Positions 48,001 to 50,942 of a stretch of DNA of 50,942 bases are shown here, in pieces. Position numbers and translations under genes: made by a program. Origin of the DNA: a bacterium (GTDB lineage: Bacteria > Omnitrophota > Gorgyraeia > Gygaellales > Profunditerraquicolaceae). The stretch covers positions 1 to 50,942 of the forward strand of contig SCRK01000054.1 in NCBI GenBank assembly GCA_004298075.1, read 5' to 3'. The notes under the pieces are model-generated. The model saw only the letters and a program-made list of their open reading frames with translations. It ran no database searches and was not told where the DNA came from. The first letter of the stretch is position 1. Every line of letters starts with the position of its first letter.

Positions 48001-50942
48001 TACTTAAGACGGGAACCGACCGCGACCAAACTTCACGTATATGGAATTATTGGGAAGACTTATTGCCATATTCACAAGAGAAAATTAATCCTGAAGAGGT
48101 GATATATGCTTATCAATTGGAATTAGATCGTGAGAAATGGGAAAAAATCTACAGCCCGCTGTCTTCCGGATATCTCGACATTTATACTTACATAGAAAAT
48201 CTACCAGTAACAGCAGCAATAAGTATTTATGAACCAGAAGGGCTCAGAAGATTTCCCGAAGTTGAGTATCAATTTGTTCGACAACCTAGTAACATTTTAT
48301 TAGGCGTTTTTATACTTGATTATAATGCGGTTTATATACGCGGCGCCTCGCCGCTGGTGGCGGATAGCAGTTCTATCATTGAGAAAAATGAATTCTCTCA
48401 GTTTGTCTGGAAAAAAGATACCTCTCGTATAATAGAGGAAGGGAAGTGGGATGAGGGTCGGATAGGTATATATCCCAGTAGAGAGATTATGCATTTGCAG
48501 TTATTTGAAGAAGCAACTGAGTTAAGGATGAGTTTGGCAGTAGTCAAAGGTAACGATAGCAAGTGGAAGGCAATATTGCTTTATGTTGAAGATATGGAAG
48601 GGGAGCAAATTGAAAGGCAATACGAGTATCTTTATAAAGATAATGAAGCCATGTCTTTTGCTACGCGTTTCTATGAGGAGCGCAGGGAACTACAAATGAG
48701 GGTGGATAAATGGTTTTACAGATATTTACGGAAAAACCGGCTTATAAGCGGAGAGTTGAAAAATGGCTTAAAATGGATAATTAGCCGTGGTTTTACTCCT
48801 CCCCTTTCTGCCGTGCCGGGTTTATTTGATAGGATCTGCGGTCAGTTTGCGGACAACCTCATGAATTATCTTGAGAATTTGCGTATTGACAAACCTTTGA
48901 TTTTCCAGAAAATTCCAATGCGTTTATTGAATTCCTATGCTGATAACCGCAATAGTTTAATTGAGCTTTTAGGCTTACTTTTCGGATACCCCGAAGAGTA
49001 TATCAGTAGATTCCCTAAGCTTTCTGCTATGGGAATTGCTTTTGATGCCCGGGATTCAGGGCTTGAATTGAGCCCATACCAGTTATTTAAGCAGTATTTT
49101 GAGGATTTGCTCAGCAAGTATATTAATAATCTGAACTATGACGAAGAAAGAAACCGTCTGGTAATTGACGTGCGATACCCAAAAGAAGGGAGTTTCTTGC
49201 TGGTTAAAAAGCCCATAACCGAGGGAATTAAGCATTATCCTCTGCCGGCGGGAAAGAGGGTCGCCATAGTTGAGATCAGTAAGAACGGCCATATGCCGTT
49301 TGCCGGTAACTTCATTAAGGCGCTGAGCGAAGAAAACACAATAAGAGTATTTACTCTCGGCTCAAGTAATCCGGGTAGTATTCTTGAAGGGTATGAACCG
49401 GATATTATTTTAGCGCCTTATTCCTTAAGTCTTTGCAAACAGATCGGGGATTATCTGTTCGGTAGAAAGGGAGAGCAAATCGTATTTTATTATCCGTCAT
49501 TAGAGTCATCTCCCGGTTTTAATCTTTGTTTCAGCTTCAATAAGCCTGTCGCTAGAAAAGCAGCCGAGGCAATAAAAACGCACAAAAGCCAGCAGTCGCG
49601 CAGGGATTATCAGGGGTTTACCCGTTATGCTATGCAGTTTTGGGCTAATCTAGCCCGCTATTACGGGTTTATCGGGAGGGGGCCAAGGTATGCTAATGCC
49701 TTTGCTATAGGACATATCTGTAACGGAATAATTATGTATCCCAATCTTAATAAACGCTATGCGTTTGTTTTCGGCGCAGAAGCGGTTGCGGATGGTTTTA
49801 TTCCCGTAAGGATAGAAAAAAATACTATTATCAGATATGGTTCTCCGCATGCCGACGATATGGAGATTTCCGGAGCAGGTGTCGTAATCGCAGTTACCAA
49901 AACAGGCAAGAGGATATCAAATATAGTGTATAGCAGCGGAGGGGACAAGAGAAGGAGGAAGGAATTGAGCGACGCAACCAGGATATTGTCTCCTCAAAAC
50001 AGGATAAAAAATAAAATTTTGAGCCTTGAAAAAGAAGCGGAAGAATCGGCTTTTCAAAAACTCTACGAAAACGAGAAAAATTTCCTGGAAAGCAGGATCC
50101 GCTCTATACGCGGACAATCGAGGGGAATAATTATTTTTATGCCTCACAGAAACGACAGCCACCGTACGCACAGGAAATTTACTTCGTTATTGGAGCGGGT
50201 TTGGACTAATTTGTCTGAGGAATATGGCTTAGATGTCATCGTCGCCTATTATTTTGCCCCTTCAGCCGGAAATTTCAATACTTATTTTCTTTCTCCGCAC
50301 AATATAGACGCAAACAAGCGAGATAATGGAAAAATAAGCAGAGAGATAAATTTAACAGAACCTTTCAAGCGGGCAACAGCCATAACCGCTCCCGCGCGCT
50401 GCGGTCAGTCCGGCAAAGGCAGTCCAGATTGGATGCACTTGCCTTTTGGAGAAGCATTTTATCGGGAATCTTATTACGATGGCAAGTGCGCCTCGCCGCT
50501 GGCGCAAAGGGACAGGTGCCTGGTTGGCTTTGCAGGCGGTGTAGCTTCGGCTTTGCAGACGGCGCAGGGATCGCAAGACAGGCTTGAGGGTTTTTTCCCG
50601 AAGACATTTAAAAAATTAAACACGGCATTTAATGGTGTGCATGAATTACCGCGTTCAGATAGCTCGTTGAGAGAAGCATTGCTCCGGATAAAAAATTGGG
50701 AAAAAGTTAATTTGTTTACAGCATTGAGCTGGTGGTTTTGGATGGGGCTCGCCTCCGTTTATCCTAAGATCGGGATAAATATGCCTGTTGCGATAATTTG
50801 CACGTTCGGTTTCTGTGTATTTGGGAGCTTTTCGTTGTCTAACCGTTATTCTCGATTAAGAATTCAACGTTTACTTGGGAAAAAACAAAATAGGAAGAAT
50901 TCTGGTTCACCTGTTGTTTTGCCGCAGGGCGCCTCGCCGCTG
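3..50942 (+). CDS. Internal fragment of a giant multi-module ORF (16,980 codons in window; both ends lie outside the window)
   Basis: Manual translation in the phase starting at nt 3 met no TAA/TAG/TGA in any stretch I translated; I checked 3-9960, 14100-15500, 18120-19750 and 29580-30400 most closely. Every recognisable catalytic motif and all ~55 ASPL-type motifs start at positions divisible by 3. The ORF track lists no + ORF in this phase (all listed + ORFs are in the other two phases), as expected if a single ORF runs off both edges. Confidence 0.9.
345..371 (+). other. Walker A / P-loop (GMGGSGKST) in the 5'-most module (nt 3-3149)
   Basis: ggc atg gga ggt tca ggc aag agc aca = GxxxxGK[ST]. 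A possible Walker B, NIVIYIGD, lies about 110 aa downstream. The rest of the module is unrecognised. Confidence 0.5.
3138..3149 (+). repeat. ASPL-type punctuation motif (SSPV)
   Basis: tcc agt ccg gtt, in phase; context VSSSPVKA. Confidence 0.7.
3840..4085 (+). other. HEAT/ARM-like helical repeats (weak)
   Basis: NNPYDRVKAIRFASHL...DPEDIVRLQAIIALAQM...EAALRGYLCF resembles HEAT-like repeat spacing; no strong signature. Confidence 0.25.
4314..6255 (+). other. GH77 4-alpha-glucanotransferase (amylomaltase/MalQ-like) module
   Basis: Blocks GMQGAGDLAGVLKLLEYAALSGLRIVQLLPF, WDWRLWPEEL, NVKLMCDVPFSPEGADVWMYPEAF, ILRFDHNLGAYRTY, LVVEALG, LHDSPT and C-terminal NNPDPKSSHPNWRARMP match the conserved amylomaltase blocks in order. 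Confidence 0.85.
6597..6608 (+). repeat. ASPL-type motif variant (SSPQ) ending a Ser-rich linker after GH77
   Basis: agt tcc cct caa, in phase; context LASSPQSD. Confidence 0.45.
7370..8520 (+). other. GH13-like (alpha-amylase family) catalytic module
   Basis: GFDGARVDLAHNL at 7746-7784 (region II, nucleophile Asp), FFILETY (region III Glu), LVLVIANYDERS (region IV Asp), in the canonical order. Confidence 0.6.
8913..8993 (+). other. Predicted transmembrane helix
   Basis: VILVTAILGSILLFGPLPALTGLCLAV, an uninterrupted hydrophobic stretch followed by basic residues. Confidence 0.6.
9357..9368 (+). repeat. ASPL-type punctuation motif (SSPL)
   Basis: tcc agt cct tta; context SAASSPLATV. Confidence 0.85.
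9942..9953 (+). repeat. ASPL-type punctuation motif (ASPL)
   Basis: gct tcg ccg ctg; context RFSASPLEGG. Confidence 0.85.
10203..10214 (+). repeat. ASPL-type punctuation motif (SSPL)
   Basis: tcc tcc ccg ctt; context FDTSSPLSAK. Confidence 0.85.
10380..10960 (+). other. Sigma-70 family module #1 (regions 2 and 4)
   Basis: Region 2: DDLMQIATFG...GLARAVELFDPDNGGLFSAYAKMWIKSALSQGL. Region 4: ISARDKDILISH...IGKRHKISNERVRQILDRTTQQLKEM. Confidence 0.85.
10975..11870 (+). repeat. Six tandem Fis-type (HTH_8-like) helix-turn-helix units
   Basis: Units such as EKEWLMPALASCGGNISEAARKLVIAEQCLRKKL, ILHALDEADYSVPRAAALLSMSTDTLYQNISDLGVDL, ITAALEAAGYDISKAARMLVVNLNTLRWRIKSHKID and ITEALIFCGNRVSLVSRFLKISKDILYDRIKIYGID, plus two more divergent units upstream. 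Confidence 0.7.
12027..12038 (+). repeat. ASPL-type punctuation motif (ASPV)
   Basis: gct tcg ccc gta; context GCSASPVTLI. Confidence 0.85.
12660..12671 (+). repeat. ASPL-type punctuation motif (SSPL)
   Basis: tct tcc ccg ctt; context PIGSSPLASA. Confidence 0.85.
12780..12791 (+). repeat. ASPL-type punctuation motif (ASPV)
   Basis: gct tcg ccg gta; context LVCASPVVSP. Confidence 0.85.
12828..12926 (+). other. Internal signal-peptide-like leader (n-h-c regions, A-S-A end)
   Basis: RTRALFRSIWSANAPPLIIAAILSVFLSAPASA|NYS begins 12 codons after the ASPV motif at 12780. Confidence 0.55.
13128..13345 (+). other. TPR repeats
   Basis: GRLPEAKEVFLKILGMEKRIAPVHYSLGIIELALNNPEETRRYAETAIKLEPGHPLGYELLGYAYIAL. 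Confidence 0.6.
13611..13622 (+). repeat. ASPL-type punctuation motif (SSPI)
   Basis: tcc tcg cct att; context RSGSSPISVG. Confidence 0.8.
13764..13775 (+). repeat. ASPL-type punctuation motif (ASPL)
   Basis: gct tcg ccg ttg; context VVCASPLAYG. Confidence 0.85.
14211..14222 (+). repeat. ASPL-type motif variant (GSPL)
   Basis: gga tcc ccc ctg; context VRAGSPLGNT. Confidence 0.5.
15480..15491 (+). repeat. ASPL-type punctuation motif (ASPL)
   Basis: gct tct ccg ttg; context LSTASPLITG. Confidence 0.85.
15549..16125 (+). other. HAD-superfamily hydrolase module
   Basis: Motif I MIIFDMGKTL (Asp codon at 15561), motif II LVVATNT, motif III GKPHP, motif IV VVGDRWDIDI. Confidence 0.75.
16179..16190 (+). 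repeat. ASPL-type punctuation motif (SSPV)
   Basis: tct tct ccc gta; context VSCSSPVGFG. Confidence 0.85.
16260..17000 (+). other. Alpha/beta-hydrolase-like module (tentative)
   Basis: Nucleophile-elbow-like HLAESLGC (A-E-S-L-G at 16560-16574) after VIFTHGRG. Module size and layout are compatible with the fold. Confidence 0.45.
17136..17147 (+). repeat. ASPL-type punctuation motif (SSPL)
   Basis: tcc tcg ccg ctg; context VVSSSPLVEF. Confidence 0.85.
17259..17270 (+). repeat. ASPL-type motif variant (SSPA)
   Basis: tct tct ccc gcg; context IFSSSPARKT. Confidence 0.5.
17300..17620 (+). other. RelA/SpoT-type (p)ppGpp synthetase-like nucleotidyltransferase domain
   Basis: KKVDDIMGLRIISADMY...KKGYEATHINF matches the D-x-x-G-x-R-I-I and G-Y-x-x-x-H signatures of the RelA_SpoT synthetase domain. 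Confidence 0.7.
17829..17930 (+). other. TGS-like segment (weak)
   Basis: NKIFVMYLGQKKEGMSMQVVSLPKKSRPEDLFSI resembles the TGS beta-grasp (IFVFTPKG..I.LP.GST..DFAY). Confidence 0.3.
18111..18122 (+). repeat. ASPL-type punctuation motif (ASPL)
   Basis: gct tct cca ttg; context KPSASPLLME. Confidence 0.85.
19734..19745 (+). repeat. ASPL-type punctuation motif (SSPV)
   Basis: agt tct cct gtt; context PSSSSPVAKV. Confidence 0.85.
20040..20230 (+). other. ACT-like segment (weak)
   Basis: YVLEFDLPNRPGSRINLANFFELNKISVSQ...VHFIFELEIP resembles the ACT fold signature (D-R-P-G...). Confidence 0.3.
20440..20830 (+). other. HD-domain (p)ppGpp hydrolase (SpoT-type) module
   Basis: YIMHPIGVAEIAV (His codon at 20457), AGLLHDVIEDAG (HD at 20589-20594), LLIKIADRIHNLSTI. 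Confidence 0.85.
21213..21224 (+). repeat. ASPL-type punctuation motif (SSPV)
   Basis: agt tct ccg gtt; context GRTSSPVNRL. Confidence 0.85.
21660..21671 (+). repeat. ASPL-type punctuation motif (SSPL)
   Basis: tct tct ccg ttg; context ANGSSPLGAC. Confidence 0.85.
21879..21890 (+). repeat. ASPL-type punctuation motif (SSPL)
   Basis: tcc tct ccg ctc; context SNVSSPLKKS. Confidence 0.85.
21966..22305 (+). other. Polytopic membrane module (about 4 TM helices)
   Basis: LSTAVVIVFVVLVALFANAIFSLMI / YAIWFFTTVCILVISAVLFALVFPYLV / AFITGIIIGAAFGFLG / ALIWFSLTIIASGYLHW. Confidence 0.65.
22383..22394 (+). repeat. ASPL-type punctuation motif (SSPV)
   Basis: tcc tcc cca gta; context NKASSPVQKS. Confidence 0.85.
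23109..23120 (+). repeat. ASPL-type punctuation motif (SSPL)
   Basis: tcc tct ccg tta; context VFTSSPLNPG. Confidence 0.85.
23205..23555 (+). other. Polytopic membrane module (about 3 TM helices)
   Basis: ITLCLIVMVGIIIYLIYPLVSV / LFLAALITMAGALFSKWFF / IYSVFIILGAGIVAVFFNVV. Confidence 0.65.
23631..23642 (+). repeat. ASPL-type motif variant (SSPA)
   Basis: tca agc ccc gct; context NRSSSPAFVT. Confidence 0.5.
23745..24330 (+). other. Ser/Thr protein-kinase-like module (atypical)
   Basis: Hinge VTEYVEGKPLY and catalytic loop LLHADIKLENILI (H-x-D-x-K-x-x-N at 24126-24149). VKLIDPW stands in place of DFG, and VVARL where VAIK is expected. Confidence 0.65.
24483..24494 (+). repeat. ASPL-type punctuation motif (ASPL)
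   Basis: gcc tct ccg ctt; context SCCASPLSAE. Confidence 0.85.
24640..25420 (+). other. CheR-type SAM-dependent methyltransferase-like module
   Basis: FRIDVYSLGGSYGDEAYSIALVLYE (24888-24950) parallels the CheR block RIWSAGCSTGEEPYSLAM. Downstream VDVIFSLNVLPY parallels D.IFCRNVLIY. Confidence 0.6.
25491..25502 (+). repeat. ASPL-type punctuation motif (ASPL)
   Basis: gcc tca ccg cta; context RLSASPLRSG. Confidence 0.85.
25551..25612 (+). other. Hydrophobic leader/TM-like segment directly after a motif
   Basis: VWRLTNLVIVSSLLFLNPSYAS starts about 16 codons after ASPL at 25491. Confidence 0.45.
25857..25868 (+). repeat. ASPL-type punctuation motif (SSPI)
   Basis: tct agc ccg att; context GGSSSPIYAG. 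Confidence 0.8.
26160..26760 (+). other. Sigma-70 family module #2 (regions 2 and 4)
   Basis: GNAAARETLIMAYLPLVYGRVKRF...RDDLVQVGIYG...GFARAVELFEARIGWMGFSHYATRWIDAAM. Region 4: ISERDGDMLVSRLAEESLVSVGKRYGVSHTRVKQIVDQLKVRL. Confidence 0.85.
26829..26840 (+). repeat. ASPL-type punctuation motif (ASPL)
   Basis: gct tct ccc ctt; context LTAASPLGGP. Confidence 0.85.
26920..27560 (+). other. Possible class I SAM methyltransferase-like module (weak)
   Basis: TVAAGWAGTD (motif I-like), AIMINDF (acidic residue at the end of beta-2), LKWIKPGGFLIF. Confidence 0.3.
27666..27677 (+). repeat. ASPL-type punctuation motif (ASPL)
   Basis: gct tcg ccc ctg; context SFSASPLQSQ. Confidence 0.85.
28401..28412 (+). 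repeat. ASPL-type punctuation motif (SSPL)
   Basis: tct tct ccg cta; context RGVSSPLSDR. Confidence 0.85.
28593..28604 (+). repeat. ASPL-type punctuation motif (SSPI)
   Basis: tca tcc ccg ata; context RNSSSPIYSY. Confidence 0.8.
29100..29515 (+). other. Histidine-kinase-type ATPase (HATPase_c / GHKL) module #1
   Basis: N box IIINAMEAS, G1 IKDNGSGI, F box FEPLFTTK, G2 GSLGVGLSIAKEI, then TTVIVTLP. Confidence 0.85.
29523..29534 (+). repeat. ASPL-type punctuation motif (ASPL)
   Basis: gcc tcg ccg cta; context EFSASPLEAE. Confidence 0.85.
29586..30390 (+). repeat. Five tandem ~37-aa W/G-rich repeats (homing-endonuclease-associated-repeat-like)
   Basis: Codon-by-codon translation gives DPRNYKEWQRAGYGPLVRRSSEILGGWHNVVNKLGF / RNTWNYRQWEKSGYSRMVRRASEIFGGWENVLKEI / RNPMDRRTWIRIGHFEMAKLALSLFGCWDNLLKEV / DPRNSKEWERAGYWQMLHYTRKLLGGWINAVKAAGY / DPRNSQVWMDKGYSQPVHRLIATYGSWANALNKFGY. 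Confidence 0.6.
30520..30830 (+). other. Sigma-70 family module #3 (region 2 only; no region 4 seen)
   Basis: GNEAAREALIVIVGLRIVKSVAWSF...VDDLVQAGIYG...GFARAAEIFDPNREGGCKFTSFARIWAKWAIIGEL. Confidence 0.75.
30981..30992 (+). repeat. ASPL-type punctuation motif (SSPL)
   Basis: tct tcc ccg ctg; context VISSSPLGLP. Confidence 0.85.
31113..31199 (+). other. Internal signal-peptide-like leader #2 (A-S-A end)
   Basis: LLRAPPPALALVFMLFSNLPALASLPASA|YSY; a paralogue of the leader at 12828-12926. Confidence 0.5.
31390..31745 (+). other. TPR repeats
   Basis: AAEDFFKKGDFDEAVDSYLSVLMKEPDLPYISFRIAQAF ... YLLRADILLRLSRLEKDKSQLLEAKDNLEKALQLNPA. Confidence 0.6.
31812..31823 (+). repeat. ASPL-type punctuation motif (SSPL)
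   Basis: agc tcg ccg ctc; context LPGSSPLKNE. Confidence 0.85.
31880..32900 (+). other. Guanidino-group-modifying enzyme fold (amidinotransferase / arginine- or agmatine-deiminase-like)
   Basis: FYFEGGDVLPAGENIFVGEKVIARN (EGGD block), YFHLNTSVTFLP, and C-terminal NGYWRCSMNIGG (candidate catalytic Cys). Confidence 0.55.
33015..33026 (+). repeat. ASPL-type punctuation motif (ASPL; exact GCCTCGCCGCTG)
   Basis: gcc tcg ccg ctg; context QHSASPLASS. Confidence 0.9.
33678..33689 (+). repeat. ASPL-type punctuation motif (ASPL; exact GCCTCGCCGCTG)
   Basis: gcc tcg ccg ctg; context DRQSASPLGSY. Confidence 0.9.
34630..35060 (+). other. Nudix hydrolase module
   Basis: Perfect Nudix box GHLAVGENAQESLAREMEEEIGV (G-x5-E-x7-R-E-U-x-E-E-x-G-U) at 34749-34817. 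Confidence 0.8.
35244..35255 (+). repeat. ASPL-type motif variant (GSPL)
   Basis: ggc tcg ccg ctg; context YIAGSPLRQE. Confidence 0.6.
35781..35792 (+). repeat. ASPL-type punctuation motif (SSPL)
   Basis: tcc tct ccg ctg; context EGASSPLAQS. Confidence 0.85.
35976..35987 (+). repeat. ASPL-type punctuation motif (SSPL)
   Basis: tct tcg ccg ttg; context GTASSPLARR. Confidence 0.85.
36270..36530 (+). other. GNAT acetyltransferase-like module (tentative)
   Basis: LGIYVHPRYRNLRNGKLLIYNLDEIL (motif A-like) and DHQSYSYFKEKYGA (motif B-like). Confidence 0.4.
36690..36701 (+). repeat. ASPL-type punctuation motif (SSPL)
   Basis: tct tcg ccc ctc; context EYSSSPLTPQ. Confidence 0.85.
37206..37217 (+). 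repeat. ASPL-type punctuation motif (ASPL)
   Basis: gct tcg ccg ctg; context ESGASPLEDA. Confidence 0.85.
38079..38090 (+). repeat. ASPL-type punctuation motif (SSPL)
   Basis: tcc tca ccg ctg; context DSGSSPLTLN. Confidence 0.85.
38390..38620 (+). other. GHKL-ATPase-like segment #3 (divergent)
   Basis: GLRNVVQHCRNGIAVVL ... AAAIIDNGSGFQNE (G1-like) ... KSMGMDLSLM (G2-like). Confidence 0.35.
38847..38858 (+). repeat. ASPL-type punctuation motif (SSPL)
   Basis: tct tcc ccc ctt; context FGVSSPLSFK. Confidence 0.85.
38961..39197 (+). other. Polytopic membrane module (about 3 TM helices)
   Basis: GLSLGFLFPALAQAFF / MLVVTIIEALLCRQLF / FLGFGIGVFLAGMYTGFPITLSLLSFLISLYYMF. Confidence 0.6.
39216..39227 (+). 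repeat. ASPL-type motif variant (RSPL)
   Basis: cgt tcg ccg cta; context EKIRSPLIRA. Confidence 0.5.
40002..40013 (+). repeat. ASPL-type punctuation motif (ASPL)
   Basis: gcc tct ccc ctg; context HPAASPLAHR. Confidence 0.85.
40310..40500 (+). other. Transglutaminase/papain-like Cys-His-Asp candidate (tentative)
   Basis: DPDGYCDFTSAFLAKLL (G-x-C-x-x-x-[AS]-x-F), His about 36 aa later in HYEDHMFI, then NLYIDL. Confidence 0.3.
41067..41078 (+). repeat. ASPL-type punctuation motif (SSPL)
   Basis: tcc tcg ccg ctg; context ARNSSPLVNI. Confidence 0.85.
41190..42030 (+). other. Radical SAM enzyme module with C-terminal Cys-rich (SPASM/twitch-like) region
   Basis: IHPTSICNNRCIGCIG (C-x3-C-x2-C at 41217-41240), FSGLTGEPL (GGEPL-like), and SCNLPKSCLNCVACQ...YPCSH at 41931-42020. 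Confidence 0.8.
42207..42218 (+). repeat. ASPL-type punctuation motif (ASPL; exact 12-mer, extended GCCTCGCCGCTGGCGCAA)
   Basis: gcc tcg ccg ctg gcg caa; context NIAASPLAQG. Confidence 0.9.
42336..42347 (+). repeat. ASPL-type punctuation motif (ASPL; exact 12-mer, extended GCCTCGCCGCTGGCGCAA)
   Basis: gcc tcg ccg ctg gcg caa; context GISASPLAQE. Confidence 0.9.
42378..43390 (+). other. NAD(P)-dependent epimerase/dehydratase (extended SDR) module
   Basis: ITITGHTGDIGATLL (G-x-x-G-x-x-G at 42396-42416) and YDISK (Y-x-x-x-K at 42921-42935). Confidence 0.7.
43560..44540 (+). other. 3-dehydroquinate-synthase-like sugar-phosphate cyclase module
   Basis: [85 protein letters not shown] and HGEAVGIDIL match DHQS-family blocks. 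Confidence 0.85.
44616..44627 (+). repeat. ASPL-type punctuation motif (ASPL; exact 12-mer)
   Basis: gcc tcg ccg ctg; context SRSASPLAEI. Confidence 0.9.
44706..44774 (+). other. Pol-beta-type nucleotidyltransferase signature (tentative)
   Basis: GSSRYLSTGSRFVPLDYISDVDV (G-S ... D-x-D). Confidence 0.4.
45387..45398 (+). repeat. ASPL-type punctuation motif (ASPL; exact 12-mer)
   Basis: gcc tcg ccg ctg; context SAAASPLVEY. Confidence 0.9.
45850..46215 (+). other. Histidine-kinase-type ATPase (HATPase_c / GHKL) module #2
   Basis: N box LINIFDNAVEV, G1 IQDKGGGIPE, G2 KKGSGIGLAEAF, then GAVFAIKLP. Confidence 0.8.
46245..46256 (+). repeat. ASPL-type punctuation motif (ASPL; exact 12-mer)
   Basis: gcc tcg ccg ctg; context ASGASPLEQD. 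Confidence 0.9.
46380..46545 (+). other. Second Cys-His-Asp candidate (weak)
   Basis: MAGVCGRVAFFHE, His about 38 aa later in LYAHAFAIDNEFDL; same spacing pattern as 40310-40500. Confidence 0.2.
47061..47072 (+). repeat. ASPL-type punctuation motif (ASPL; exact 12-mer)
   Basis: gcc tcg ccg ctg gcg c; context NKGASPLALE. Confidence 0.9.
47470..47620 (+). other. Pol-beta-type nucleotidyltransferase core
   Basis: VYVFGSAAKYGLREGHDIDIAIPE (hG[GS]-x9-D-x-D). Confidence 0.6.
47844..47855 (+). repeat. ASPL-type punctuation motif (ASPL)
   Basis: gct tcg ccc ctg; context THGASPLVRH. Confidence 0.85.
48345..48356 (+). repeat. ASPL-type punctuation motif (ASPL; exact 12-mer)
   Basis: gcc tcg ccg ctg; context IRGASPLVAD. 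Confidence 0.9.
50490..50501 (+). repeat. ASPL-type punctuation motif (ASPL; exact 12-mer, extended GCCTCGCCGCTGGCGCAA)
   Basis: gcc tcg ccg ctg gcg caa; context GKCASPLAQR. Confidence 0.9.
50712..50850 (+). other. Two predicted TM helices
   Basis: LFTALSWWFWMGLASVY ... MPVAIICTFGFCVFGSFSL. Confidence 0.55.
50931..50942 (+). repeat. ASPL-type punctuation motif (ASPL; exact 12-mer) forming the last four codons of the window
   Basis: gcc tcg ccg ctg; context PQGASPL. Confidence 0.9.

Noticed and set aside
33015-50942. Could the regularly recurring 12-mer be a CRISPR array?
   Set aside because: The repeat is only 12-19 nt. Spacing is 0.13-2.3 kb and irregular. Everything is in one coding phase, with recognisable enzymes as the 'spacers'.
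3-50942. Giant ORF as an NRPS/PKS megasynthase or a repeat adhesin
   Set aside because: I saw no condensation, adenylation, thiolation or KS/AT/ACP signatures, and no long tandem Ig, cadherin or RTX-type repeats. Domain content is heterogeneous and mostly cytoplasmic in type.
3-50942. The open frame as an artefact of an alternative genetic code or of mis-assembly
   Set aside because: The frame is open under the standard code, so no recoding is needed. All ~55 motifs and all catalytic signatures share one phase, which random concatenation would not preserve. Mis-joins at the repeated 12-19-mer cannot be excluded without reads and are listed as a check.
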